Numbered from the whole stretch's first letter, positions 11,765 through 23,977 are shown. The stretch: DNA of 63,518 nucleotides, filler included, from Squatina squatina (GCA_031763465.1; 3 parts of 3 records of this genome joined end to end with filler, not necessarily neighbours in it); one strand, 5' to 3'. Made by a program: numbers and translations. The notes: generated by a model not told the origin, from the letters alone.

Positions 11765-12135
11765 TCTTCCATTACTGTAGGACTTCCTCAGGGCAGCGTC
11801 CCAGGCCCAACCATCTTCAGTTGCTTCTTCGATGACCTTTCCTCGATCATAAGGTCAGAAGTGGGGATGTTCGTTGATGACTGCACAGTGTTCAGTGCCA
11901 TTGCAAACTCCTCAAATAATGAAGCAGTCCATGCCCGCATTCAGCAAGACCTGGACAACATTCAGGCTTGGGCTCATAAGTGGCAAGTAACATTCGCGCC
12001 ATAAAGGTGCCAGGCAATGACTATCTCCAACAAGCAAGAGTCTAACTACCATCGCTTGACATTCAACAGCATTACCATCGCCAAATCCCCCACCAGCAAC
12101 ATCCTGAGAATCACCGTTGACCAGAAACTTAACTG
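11765..12135 (+). mobile_element. LINE RT fragment (same family as 8500-10478)
   Basis: cctcagggcagcgtcccaggcccaacc (PQGS motif) and atgttcgttgatgac (MFVDD). Confidence 0.8.
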
Positions 12136-12714
12136 NNNNNNNNNNNNNNNNNNNNNNNNNNNNNNNNNNNNNNNNNNNNNNNNNNNNNNNNNNNNNNNNN
12201 NNNNNNNNNNNNNNNNNNNNNNNNNNNNNNNNNNNCTCCCTTTCGCACCCCTCCCACTCGCATCAGCTTGTGTTCTCTCTTTCCCTCCCACTCTTCAGAA
12301 CTGCCACTGACATGTTTTATTTTCAGCTATAGTTAATAGTTAGGGGAAGGGTCTGGGCCTCGGCTTCATTTTCCTCAGGTGGATGTGGAGCACTGATCAA
12401 TAGAGAGCTCTTCAGCCAGGGCTGTAGGCTGCCAGGTAGCCTTCGAGGTGATAGTGGTGGTTGCCAAGTGAGAGGATGGCTTCTGGCTGAATTTTCCAGT
12501 GGTGTTTGTGAGATGCTGGTTAAGGGAGGGATCATTGCTGCAGATGACATCAGGAAGTGGGAGGTCATCATGCCAGGGAAACGAGTAATGTGAAAGAACA
12601 CAACCATTGCACCACCTACCTTGCAGATGCAAATTTGATGACCTAGGAGCACTGAAAGGCAAGTACAATGTAATTGCATGGGGTCTCCATATTTGAATCC
12701 CTCCAATCCGATTT

Positions 12715-13158
12715 CTGCCCCACCACAGTGCCGAAACGGCTCTTATCCAAGAAAAAAATGGCATCCTAAGTGACTGACAGTGGTAAACTGTTCCTTCTCG
12801 ATCTGTCTGCAGCCTTTACCATGGTTGACCACACCATCCTCCTCCATCGTCCAGCTGGGTGGGACTGCACTCACCTGGTTCCATTCTTATCTATCCAGTC
12901 ATAGCCAGAGGATCTATCCTTGACCCCCTCCTATTTCTCATCTACCTGCTGCCCCTCGGCGAGATCATCTGAAAATACAATATTCCACATGCATGCTGAC
13001 GACGTCCATCTCTACCTCACCACCACCTCTCGACCCCTCCACTATCTCTAAATTGTCAGACTGCTTGTCTGAATCCAGTACTGAGCCATTGTCTTTGGTC
13101 CCCGCCACTAGCTGCAGTCCCTAGCCACCAACTCCATCCTTTTCCATGGCAACTGTCT
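12715..13158 (+). mobile_element. L2 LINE RT fragment
   Basis: ctcgatctgtctgcagccttt (LDLSAAF) and ttccacatgcatgctgacgac (FHMHADD). Confidence 0.8.
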
Positions 13159-13258
13159 NNNNNNNNNNNNNNNNNNNNNNNNNNNNNNNNNNNNNNNNNN
13201 NNNNNNNNNNNNNNNNNNNNNNNNNNNNNNNNNNNNNNNNNNNNNNNNNNNNNNNNNN

Positions 13259-13465
13259 AGGAGTAGGCCATTCAGCCCCACGAGGCCATTCTGCCATTCT
13301 ATTATATCATGGCTGATTTGTACCTCAACTTTACCTGTGATCCATATCCCTTGATAGCCTTAACTAATAAAAATCTGTTGATCTCAGTCTTGTAAATTTC
13401 AAATGACCCAGTGTCCACAGCCTTCTGGGGGAGAGAGTTCAAGATTTCCACTAACCTTTGTGTGA
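13259..13465 (-). mobile_element. CR1 LINE 3' end
   Basis: aggagtaggccattcagccc..atcatggctgat, the same tail as 7130-7200. Confidence 0.75.
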
Positions 13466-13874
13466 GGTAAGGGTCACTGACAGCAGAGAGTCACTATAGC
13501 AGGAATGAGACAAAGACCCTATGAAGGGGAAAAAACCTCTGTGTCGACATCTTTTATCATAATACGAAACGTACAAATAAAATAGAGGAAAAGACCAGAT
13601 GGTCCATCCCAACCTGGTGCAACCTGTACACACTGTTTAACCCACACCCTTTCTCCCAACCTCAGAAGCCACGCAATTTCCTCGGAGAGGCAAAAAGAGA
13701 AAAAATAAATCTCTGGCCAATTTAGGAAAAAAAAAAGATGCTGGGAGATTCCTCTCCAGCAGCCCCCACCTACCTTTCAGACAATCCAGCAAGCCACGGG
13801 AGATCACAGTTGCTGGTACCACTATCCCCGTTAACCCATCTACCGATTATAATTTGGTTTTTATTTGACTGCAG

Positions 13875-14715
13875 GATGAGTTTCCGACCACATACTTGCG
13901 CCATCACTAAGGCCGTCTGTTTCCACCTCCATAATATCACCCAACTCTGCCCTTGCCCCAGCTCATCTGCTGCTGAAACCCTCATCCATGCCTGTGTTAC
14001 CTCTAGGCTTGATCATTCCAACNNNNNNNNNNNNNNNNNNNNNNNNNNNNNNNNNNNNNNNNNNNNNNNNNNNNNNNNNNNNNNNNNNNNNNNNNNNNNN
14101 NNNNNNNNNNNNNNNNNNNNNNTTCAGCCCTTGCCTCAGCTCATCTGCTGCTGAAACCCTCATCGATGCCTTTGTTACCTCTGGACTTGACTATTCCAAT
14201 GCACTCCTGGCTGGCCTCCTACGTAAACTTGAGGTAATTCAAAATTCAGCCGCCCATGTCCTAATTCGCACCAAGTCCATTTGACCCACTGCACTGCACT
14301 GACTTACATTTGGCTCCTGGTTAAGCAACACCTCGATTTCAAAATTCTCTTTTTTAGGTCCCTCCACAGCCTTGCCCCTCCCTATCTCTAATCTCCTCCA
14401 GCCCTACAACCACTGTGATATCTGTGCTCCTCTAATTCTGCCCTCTTGAGCATCCCTGATTATAGTCGCTGAACCATTGGTGGCCGTGCCTTCTGTTGCC
14501 TAAGCCCTAAGCTCTGGAATTCCCTGCCTAAACCTCTCCACGGCTCAACCTCTCTTTCCTCCTTAAAGATGCTTCTTAAAACCGACCTCTTTGACCAAGC
14601 CCTGCCCTAATTTGTGCTTGTGTGATTCGGTATCAATTTTTTGTCTTGTAACACTCCTGAGAAGCACCTTGGGATGTTTTACGAGCTAAAGGCGCTATAT
14701 AAATACAAGTTGTCG
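13875..14715 (+). mobile_element. L2 LINE 3' end (two copies across a gap)
   Basis: SSSAAETLIDAFVTSGLDYSNALLAGL..KLEVIQNSAAH; tail aaaggcgctatataaatacaagttg. Confidence 0.85.
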
Positions 14716-15399
14716 TTTGTCTGTAGGATTACCCATTAACACTTCAGCCCAATTTACAGTGATCAACTTAATTCTCATCCCTTTGAAGTTGTCTTAGTTA
14801 AATTTGAAACCTTGGTTTTTGACTATCCCTTCTCCCCCTCAAAGCTGGTATCAAATTCCTTAATGGTCACTTCACAAAACGCTCCCTTACTGTCGGACTA
14901 TTAAGTAATTCTGGTTCGTTACTCATCACTAAGTATGGCAGAAGTCTGCATTCCTCCAACTTTTGCCTCTTTTGCATTTCACCCTCACCCCACCGTAGGC
15001 AGCCCTGCCTTCAGCTGACAAGCCTCTATGATCTGGAATACCCTCCCGAAACACATCCACCTCTCCACCGATCTTCTCTTTCAAGACCCTCCTTAAAACT
15101 CACCTGTCACCTGTCCTGATATCTCTTTTGGTTTGGAATCCATTTTTTCCGATTACACCTTGAAGCACATTTGGAGGTGNNNNNNNNNNNNNNNNNNNNN
15201 NNNNNNNNNNNNNNNNNNNNNNNNNNNNNNNNNNNNNNNNNNNNNNNNNNNNNNNNNNNNNNNNNNNNNNNNNNNNNNNTACCCTCCAATCCGTTGGAAC
15301 TGTTCCAGAGTCTATAGAATTTTGGAAGATGACCAGCAATGCATCTACTATTTCTAAGGCCACTTCCTTAAGAGATTCATTAGCATTGTATAAATATAA

Positions 15400-15530
15400 G
15401 CGAAATACTGCGGATGCTGTCAATCCGTAACAAAAACAGAAAAAACTGGAAATACTCAGCAGGTCAGGCAGCATCGGTGGAGAGAGAAACAAGAGTTAAC
15501 GTTTCAGGTCGATGACCTTTCATCAAAAAT
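15400..15530 (-). mobile_element. Penelope-like terminal repeat with a mutated hammerhead core
   Basis: Reverse complement of the 22616-22715 motif: tTGATGA a aggtc-atc-gacct GAAACGTT aact. The core C is replaced by T. Confidence 0.7.
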
Positions 15531-17779
15531 ATAACCTGGCTCATATATATATATATATACACACACATACATACATACTGCAGAATTCATCATCCTGGCC
15601 AAGAAACGTTGCCTTTATTTTTAGTGTTATGACCTTTGGGAATTAGGTTGTTTCTTCAGCTCTCTCCATAAAGGTGATGTCTGTGATTCCTTGGCAACCT
15701 GTAGCTTTTCAGTTTAAAGTTGTTTAATAATAGATTTGTGGAAATGTCTCGAGAAAAGCAAAGACGGTATGGGCAATGGAATATGGAGTAATTTTTGAAG
15801 GGGCATTATCTTAATTAAAAAGTTTTTGCTTATAAGGCACGAAACATATAGCATAAATCGTTTGAAATACAACAATTCATTTGCAGCTTGAAGGGCAATT
15901 GTAACAAAAATTATACTTGAGACTTCTGATTGCTTCCTCTCCAAAAAAAAGTGTTAACATTATTTTTTTCCAAAAGGCAATGCGTTTTTAGACTTCTTGC
16001 AATGGATGTCCCATTTGCTTTTACTGGATCTTACCTGCCACCTGCGAAAGTTGAGAAAATACAAAACCGTGAAGAGGCTGTTGAGGTATCAAAAAAATTT
16101 AAAAGGGACAGTCTGAAATGTAAAAACTGGAAACACACTAGCAGGTCGGTCAGTATCGGTAAAGAAAAAAAGGCAGGGAATGACTTTCAGATATGTAATA
16201 TACAAACAAAAAATGCTGGAAAAACTCAGCAGATCAGGCNNNNNNNNNNNNNNNNNNNNNNNNNNNNNNNNNNNNNNNNNNNNNNNNNNNNNNNNNNNNN
16301 NNNNNNNNNNNNNNNNNNNNNNNNNNNNNNNNNNNNNNNGTACAGTATGAGGTGTCCTTTCTGGATTTTTAGGGCCCTAATCTTCAGTCTTGCTTGAGAG
16401 TTGCCAGATTATTCACTCTTGTCCTACATTCGTAGTTTATGCACAGTAACTCGTGTAGATCTCGATTACTCATGCATTTATATAATTTTTCCAATGTACC
16501 TTTCATTTGTATTTTTTTTTCAGGGGCAGTCTATCAGCTCATCCTCTTTCCCTGAGGTTTTTGGGTCTCAGAACCATTCTCTGAGCCTTTTCCTCTCTAT
16601 TCATATGAAAGTAAGATGCCCAAACAGTATTTCACAAATGATCTTTCAAAATACAAAGAATTTAAAAAAAAAATTGTTTCAACTTGAAACTGGTTGGCTT
16701 TGAAATACATCTCATTTATTAGCTCTGTTGGCAAAACCCTCGCATTAAGGTAAGAAGCCCCAAGCACCCAATATAAACAGTGTGAAGTTATTTACTTCAG
16801 TTGCACATCTAAGCAAAAACTCCCACCTGCTGGCTTTGATGCAGACACAAACTGATATAAAAGCCTAATGTAACTCTCAGATTGCATTTAACAAAGACAC
16901 AGTGTTGGCTCAGGATGTGGACAGGCAATTTAGCATCTCCTACCACATTAACTGACTTGGGGCAGTATAAACCCAAGAGAAATCAGACTGGGTTTGGTTC
17001 ATCCTGACTCACTTGAAACGTGGGCCTCACGGTATAAACAGAGTACATCAGTTTAAATTCCCATTCATGACATTTGTGTGGATTGCACTGCCTCTCTTTT
17101 CTAAACAGGAAACAGTCACTTGTTAATTTACACCATACAAGGCAAGATGAGATTGGAGTGTTACACCACATATACCACTTGAAAGGAAACAGCTGCTTCA
17201 TTTTCCTACCACTTAAATGATGCATCTATAAATTGGATCCAACTACTGTTGCTGAACAAAATCAAGGCATCAACGATCACTACAGTCCCAGTGCAATGCA
17301 GTGCAGTCACCATTTATAGGCATGTCTTATTTTTTTAAATGGAGATGTAGACAATATTTTCTTGTTTAGCTATCACATAGCATTTGTTTAATAGCTAATC
17401 ATGTGTCAGAAATTCCAAATATTTTTTGACATCTGTCATGTATTATTTGATTATAAGTATAGTTGTTTGAGCTCTTTAATATTTTGTGACTGAGAGCATG
17501 TGAGAAAATGGGATAAACTGAACCCTGTGGCAACAAAAGCAACTATTGCCTGTTGTATGACAGATTGATAAGATATACAAGGAAGAATCTGTGATGACAG
17601 ATAGCCTTTAGCAATGTAGATAAATGGACAACACATAAGAGGGAGAATAAGATCCAGGCACAAGTCTCTTCCAAACAGCTGAAAAGGCAGTGGTAATTGA
17701 CTATATTTTTGTTGTTGCACCATTTTAGTTGCGCATGTGACAGTGCTATTAGAATCTGATTTCCTTTCTTATTGAGAAT

Positions 17780-18545
17780 TAATGATCCTGAAACTGCGAT
17801 CCCCCCAGGTGCGTGCGATGTTCCCACGAGACCAGGTGGATCTTGCAAGTTCTGAATCTCGAGTTGCACTGCGCAAGCCCACAGATCTGGAACTTAAGAT
17901 CTGTCAAGATTTCTCTCGACAGATCATCCACTTCTGCTGGAAAAGAGGTTTCCAGGGCGGAGAGTTGCAATATTTTCTCAACTCTTGCCCGTGGAAATCT
18001 TTAATTTTTTACTCATGGTAAAACCAAGCGTACATGCTTGGTTTCACCAGTGTCAGAGTTTTTAAAAAGGTAAAACTCAAAAAAGTGAAAGGTACATTAC
18101 TTAAAAACCATTCCCATTAAGGTAAGTATGTTTTTAAACATTTTAAAAGATGTTTTTTAAAAATTAAAAAAAAAACGTTTTGGTCTTATTTATCTAATTT
18201 TTATTAAATTTTAATGTTACAATCATTTTTAAAATGTTTTTTGATGTGCTTGTGTAGTTTTGTATCTCCCATTCATACTTTTACAAACCTGCCACATATG
18301 GAGCAGATCTGTCAAAGCTGGAATTGGAGATACTGCGACCTGATTGGTTGGGGCCTCCCATGTGACCTCTCCAATCTCTCCAAAGGACTTACACATGAAA
18401 GAGAACAGCCCCGCTGCACATGCCCAACTGTGGAGGCAGACGACAGCAAGTCTGCATGGCTCCCGGAACCTCAGGTAAGTTTGTAGAGATATTTGCAATC
18501 AAAGCCATCCACACGAGGGAAGCCTCCGATTGCAAATTCAGCCCC
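17780..18545. mobile_element. Degenerate MITE-like element
   Basis: Imperfect terminal inverted match (tgatcctgaaactgcgatc versus gattgcaaattcagcccca), internal palindrome aaaccaagc..gcttggttt, AT-rich centre. Confidence 0.4.
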
Positions 18546-19056
18546 AATGATTTTTAATCTATCAAGTTGTATTCCATTTTTTCTCTTTGTGTTCCCAAAT
18601 GCTAATCTCTGGTCAAAGTCATGCACAGCAACCCATACATGCGATTTGGTGACAATCAATCAAACTGTTCATTCAAGCTGTATAAAATTAAGATATAAAA
18701 TATAAGATATAAAATATATTGCACTCTGAGGACAGTTTGAAAAATTTACATCAAAACCCATCACATCTCGATGCAATCACCGAGGGAGCATGAAAGAATG
18801 GTTTAAGATCACAATCAGTGCTTTCGAATAATTTCCTTAAATAACGTTTGAAGACACTCCACGGCAGCTCCTGGGTTCACCCTTTTCCTGGACTGCTCCC
18901 TGCTTAGAGCTGCTGCACAGTACAGTGGGACTACAGGGCTGCTGCTCTCCAGGGTGGTATGGAAACAGGGCAGCCTTTCTCCTCAGTCACCTGTCCCGTG
19001 TCTGTGTGATTTNNNNNNNNNNNNNNNNNNNNNNNNNNNNNNNNNNNNNNNNNNNN

Positions 19057-19068
19057 TTAATTAATTAA
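19057..19068. other. Artificial scaffold linker (six-frame stop)
   Basis: TTAATTAATTAA flanked by exactly 44 N on each side (100 nt total). Confidence 0.97.
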
Positions 19069-21324
19069 NNNNNNNNNNNNNNNNNNNNNNNNNNNNNNNN
19101 NNNNNNNNNNNNTAGTTGTCACAGGCTAGGGACAGTGGCCTGCACATTCCACTCTCCCCATTTATACCACCATTTTGTTTTGATCTGCACGTGGTTGGCC
19201 AGATCATGGGGCAGGCCTGGGGGCATATCCCTAGAAGTGGATAGGCCTCATCCTCTGCGAATATTGAGGAATTGTTCTTGTGCAGTTTAATGTGACCTTG
19301 CTGAGTAGTGGAGGATTGCATTGAGGCTGAGAGGCAGTCTACCCACAGAGATTAACTGTCCGGCAATTCGGCCTTTCAACACAGCATGGGCACCACTGAA
19401 ACGTGGCCAGGAATTTATTGATGCAATCATTTCATTCCCCCGTCCCCATGCCCCTACACAGTCACCATCCACCAAAAGATTATAAAAATAATAAATATAC
19501 CTTTTTTCTTGATCATCCTGTGCATCAGTTGCTTTACCAATTGGCATGAGTCTCTTATCCCTGGGGACCTAACAACAGAACAAAATCCAAGTATGAAAAC
19601 AACATGCAGGTGCAGAAGAGAAGCACCCAGCCAAGACAATTGTGCAGCCTCAATCTAGCATATCTCAGCACCCAGTATCACCTTCTTCTACAGGACAGAT
19701 GTAGGTTATAATTTATGGAGAGGGATGGTGCTGGGAGCTAAATTGTGGAGTTTTAAGCAGGTTTCTGAAATTTTGTCAAACAATTTTGCCAAAGTTGAGT
19801 TCAAGGATGTTCCTTCACATCCAGGTCTTGAGGTCAGCTAAGCAGTCAAATACCATAAAGGTGGTTGTGGAATCAATAAAAAGGAGGGGGGCGAGGATGG
19901 AACCTTGGAGTAGATCCAATGTGGCCGTATNNNNNNNNNNNNNNNNNNNNNNNNNNNNNNNNNNNNNNNNNNNNNNNNNNNNNNNNNNNNNNNNNNNNNN
20001 NNNNNNNNNNNNNNNNNNNNNNNNNNNNNNGTGCGATGAGAGCAGTCCCACGATGTACCTGGATTACATGAGACTTACAGGACTGCATAGAGGGAGGGAG
20101 TCGAATCAATTCAAAACTTTAAAAAATATATATATACAGGGGCAAGACTGTAGGTAGGTATACAAAGTAATAATTAATATGGGAATTACCCCCCAAAAAA
20201 CAAGTGTGTGTGAAAATGTAGATTTCAGTTGGGTGAGGTGCTGGAGGTAAAAGTTACGTTTTTCCAGGCTGAGCGCTTTCGGATTCCAGTGGGCGGCACC
20301 CGTCTTCAAAGCCAGGTAAGTGACTGGATGGAAGGTGCATGTTCCGCCCACCTTAACTACACACACACACATATTCAGAGACAGTGAGAGGTACTGTACC
20401 TGAGAGAGAGAGAGCGCGCAAGGGTATCTAATCTTGGAGAATAACACACCAAGAAGTGAACGCAGATTTTGACACACACCTGAAAGACGGAGTAGAGAAC
20501 TGGTAATATGAAATAAAAATACAGTGCTGGAAATACGGAGTTTAATGTCTAGATTGGAGGAACGTACATGAAGATAAACTAAAATTAAGTTGAAGACAAG
20601 CAACTTAAAGAGAAGACATTTCCCAGAGAGATTATAAGTATTGTTTATTATAATATCACACAGATCTTCCTGAAAGAGAATATCCACAATATTACTGACT
20701 GGAGGAAACGGAATATGTTAACAGTGTGCTTAGATGCTTGAAAGAATGTAATGGTGCTGTTTTGTCTGGCTGTGGAAATGTATGGTAACTTCCTTTGCAA
20801 TGTATTTCTTGGTTAGGATTGCCACACAACTGTTAATCACTCGGTCCGTGTATCAACGCCATGAGGCACTGTCAATCACCATAAGTTCTGTCAACTGTTT
20901 GCACTGAAATGGACTCACTACTGAATAAAAACACTCCATGAAGTTCACAGTGTATACCTTTTTTTTCCAAAAAGCAACAACCTGGAATAGTTTCAAGGCA
21001 GTAATCTAATCTCAGGATTCAGATGATTGTTATAAACCACTGCAGTTTTGCTTTTATGCTTTATAACACTATTTGATTAGATTACTGCTCTGTAATTGCT
21101 CCCAGTTACAGTATCCATTGTTCACCTTCCAATACAAACTGGCGTAGAGGGAGGGCGATTGTAGGTTTAAAAGTTATAAGTGTGATAGGTTATCTTCTGC
21201 GTTTATTATGTACACTTTTTAAGAAAGCCAGATTTGAAACATTAAATGTAAACCAAGTTGATATGAATGCTTTGTGCAAATATACATATGTATACAGGGC
21301 AGGATTAGTTCCACTGACGGTGTG

Positions 21325-21520
21325 TTCCTCAGCTATGCAGACCATTTGAGTTTGATCCCTGGTCTATACTGAGTGAGTTGGAGTAGAACAAATAATTGAT
21401 GTCGATATCCTTGGGTTAGGAAGGGGGAAAATCAACCAAAGTTTTCACTCCTGCTTGCTATCCATTGACTCCTCTGAAAAGTGCACACTTTTGACTGTCG
21501 GGTGACTATGGGAATCGGAA
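21325..21520 (+). mobile_element. LF-SINE-like fragment
   Basis: gatccctggtctatactgagt..ccttgggttaggaagggggaaaatcaacca..ctcctgcttgctatccattgacc..gaaaagtgc..tgtcgggtga resembles the LF-SINE consensus as I recall it. Confidence 0.65.
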
Positions 21521-21784
21521 ACAAAAACAGGAAAGCACTAGAGACACTCAGCTGGTCAGGCAGTGTCTGTCGTGAGAAATTGTACATTCTGTGGAGACCC
21601 TCAGTTGAATAGCAATATTCTAGGCTTACATATGAACTTGGATGAGGTCCCAGAGTACTGATGGTCACTGATGAACCATGCCCCAATATAGATGATCGCT
21701 TTCAGGAAAGAAGGGAAAGACTGAAGTTCAGACTTAAGTGGTGGAGTTTATAACACTGTGATGTGGGAGAGAGAGAATGGTTGA

Positions 21785-21888
21785 AAGAAAGACCTGGATT
21801 TCTATAGCACCTTTCATGACCACCAGACATCCCAAAGCGCTTTACAGCCAATGAAGTATGTTTTGAAGTGCAGTCCCTGTTGTAATGA
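21785..21888 (-). mobile_element. DeuSINE (SacSINE1-like) 3' tail
   Basis: Reverse complement cacttcaaaacatacttcattggctgtaaagcgctttgggatgtc..gaaaggtgctatagaaat..tctttctttc. Confidence 0.75.
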
Positions 21889-22189
21889 GAGAAAGCACTA
21901 GAGGAAAGAGGCATGCAGCAAGAGCCAAAGTATGTAAAGGATCAAACTCATTTCCAATGAGTGTTCTAACATCAGTGTTGTGGCAAGAGACCCTGGGGAG
22001 TCAGAGCAATGAAACCTACCTTGAGAAGTGGGAGTAGAGGCTGATGTTTTATCAGGGAAAAGCAGGCAACACTATAAAGGATAAACATAGCATGATAGTA
22101 AAGTAATTGATTATGTCCAGAGGAAGCAGGGCTCAACAATATAGATACTAGACAATATTTTATAAGCAAACTATAGATGATAAAATTCT

Positions 22190-22410
22190 GAAACAAAAGC
22201 AGAAAGTTTTAGAAGCATTCAGCAGGTCAGACAACATCTGAAGAACATGTTGAAGTTTCAGGTGTGGACCCTTGTTATCTGAAAGGAAGAAAAAATGTTC
22301 TTTGAAGTTCTGATTTTCTGATAGGTTATATACCTGAAATGTTAACTTGCCTCTCTGTAAGTGCTGCTAGATCTGCTGAGCGTCCCTAGCATTTTATGTT
22401 TTTGTTTCCA
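22190..22410. mobile_element. Two degenerate Penelope-like ends in inverted orientation
   Basis: Left arm cattcagcaggtcag..gtttcaggtgtggaccc; right arm acctgaaatgttaact..ctgctagatctgctgag..cattttatgtttttg. Confidence 0.55.
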
Positions 22411-22521
22411 TTGCATGTTGTNNNNNNNNNNNNNNNNNNNNNNNNNNNNNNNNNNNNNNNNNNNNNNNNNNNNNNNNNNNNNNNNNNNNNNNNNNNNNNN
22501 NNNNNNNNNNNNNNNNNNNNN

Positions 22522-22715
22522 CTACTCCTGCACCTATTTTCTATGTTTCCTCCCCCTCCCTGCTTTCCCTGCCACTGCAGTTGCTTCAAAACCTGCTGCA
22601 TTTCTGGCCTTTTTCAGTTCTGACGAAGGGTCATCGACCTGAAACGTTAACTCCGTTTTCCTCCCCACAGATGCTGCCTGACCTGCTGAGATTTTCCAGC
22701 ATTTTTTGTTTATAT
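22522..22715 (+). mobile_element. Penelope-like terminal repeat
   Basis: ttctgacgaagggtcatcgacctgaaacgttaactc..cacagatgctgcctgacctgctgagattttccagc; several related copies occur in the window. Strand given is that of the ribozyme. Confidence 0.75.
22616..22652 (+). ncRNA. Minimal type-I hammerhead ribozyme motif
   Basis: AGUU-CUGACGA-A-GGGUC(AUC)GACCU-GAA-ACGU-U-AACU: stem I AGUU/AACU, intact core boxes, stem II hairpin, palindromic ACGU in place of stem III. Confidence 0.65.
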
Positions 22716-23329
22716 TCTGTTCCCTATACATTTCTGTTAAGGTAAACAAAAATGTTTACACCCTTGAACAGGAATGTTGGCAGAGGACGGTATTTTATTG
22801 ATAGAAGAAGCAATCCATCTTTGTCTTGATGCTCAGTTTTCTGTAGATTATGAATAAAGAAAAAAATTTAGATGAGCTTTTATGGATTTTTGCTAACTGT
22901 AAAAACCAGACCAATTAGGCAGCTAGTGAAAAAAATTACATTCCAGTTGACATTTGGCACAAACAAGGCTAAAAGCTCCTTTCGTAGCCTTATCTTCTGG
23001 AAGCCATAATAAATAGAACAGTTTCATCCCAAGATCTAGCCCTCCCCTACCTTGTCCAAGCATCTGAAAATGTAGGTAGTGACTGCCAGTGGGCTCATCC
23101 ATTGTGTTCTAAGACCAGTCCTTTTTATTAATCTCTAGCCATGGACTTTGAGGCCAAATTTAGCAAACCTTGATTGCAGTTCTGCTAACTCAGCACTGAC
23201 TCTGGGATAAACCTTTCTGCTCAGAATGGCTCACTGCCATGAACAATGCTGGAAAGGACTATTATGTTAGTGTCAAAGTCTGGGGAACATCAAACATGGC
23301 TCAGTCTTTCATAGCAATCAATCACCTGC

Positions 23330-23880
23330 ATCCAGTTTGTTCTTAAATTTGCCAACATAACCCTGACTTCTCTCAGCAGTCATTTCAATACATTCACCAC
23401 CCTCTATGCAAACTAATTAAGTCTAAACTATTTGTTCATCTCTCTTCTTCTGAGCTTGAGTCAATGCCCTGTTGTAGAGTTTGAGAGTTTCCTGAATGCA
23501 TTATTAGGGCTCAGTTTGTCTACACCCCTCAGGATCATGAATACTTCAGTAAGATTCCCCTGGCCCTTTTTTTCTGAAGCATAAACATTCCCAAATTGTA
23601 TAACCTTTCATTGTTCAGGTGCTCAAACCTCAGTATGAATTTAGTTACCCTTTGTTGCAGCCTCTCCAAAGCCAAAATATCTCAAAGGTGACCAGAATTG
23701 CATTCAGTAATTGTGTGGACCTGAACCAATGTGCTGTACAAACACAGTATCATTTCCTGGGACCAGCATTATATCCCTCTGATTAAACATCCTAGGATCT
23801 AATTTGCCCTACTTACAGATGCTATAACTCTGTGCTGATAGTGATCCATTCACTAGTACTCCCTCAATCTCTCTCCTGTA
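23330..23880 (-). mobile_element. Old CR1 LINE 3' fragment
   Basis: Degenerate ttggagaggctgcaacaaagggtaactaaa (LERLQQRVTK) and ggggaatcttactgaagtattc motifs on the minus strand. Confidence 0.6.
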
Positions 23881-23977
23881 TTGAGTTCTGTAACATCACC
23901 CAATGCATTTGTGCACTGAGCCTTCAGGAGTGCCCCTCCCTATCTCTAACATCCTCCAGCTCTACAACCCTCTGAGA

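Noticed and set aside
12323-12764. Two overlapping minus-strand ORFs of about 128 aa
   Set aside because: No recognisable motif; probably decayed TE sequence.
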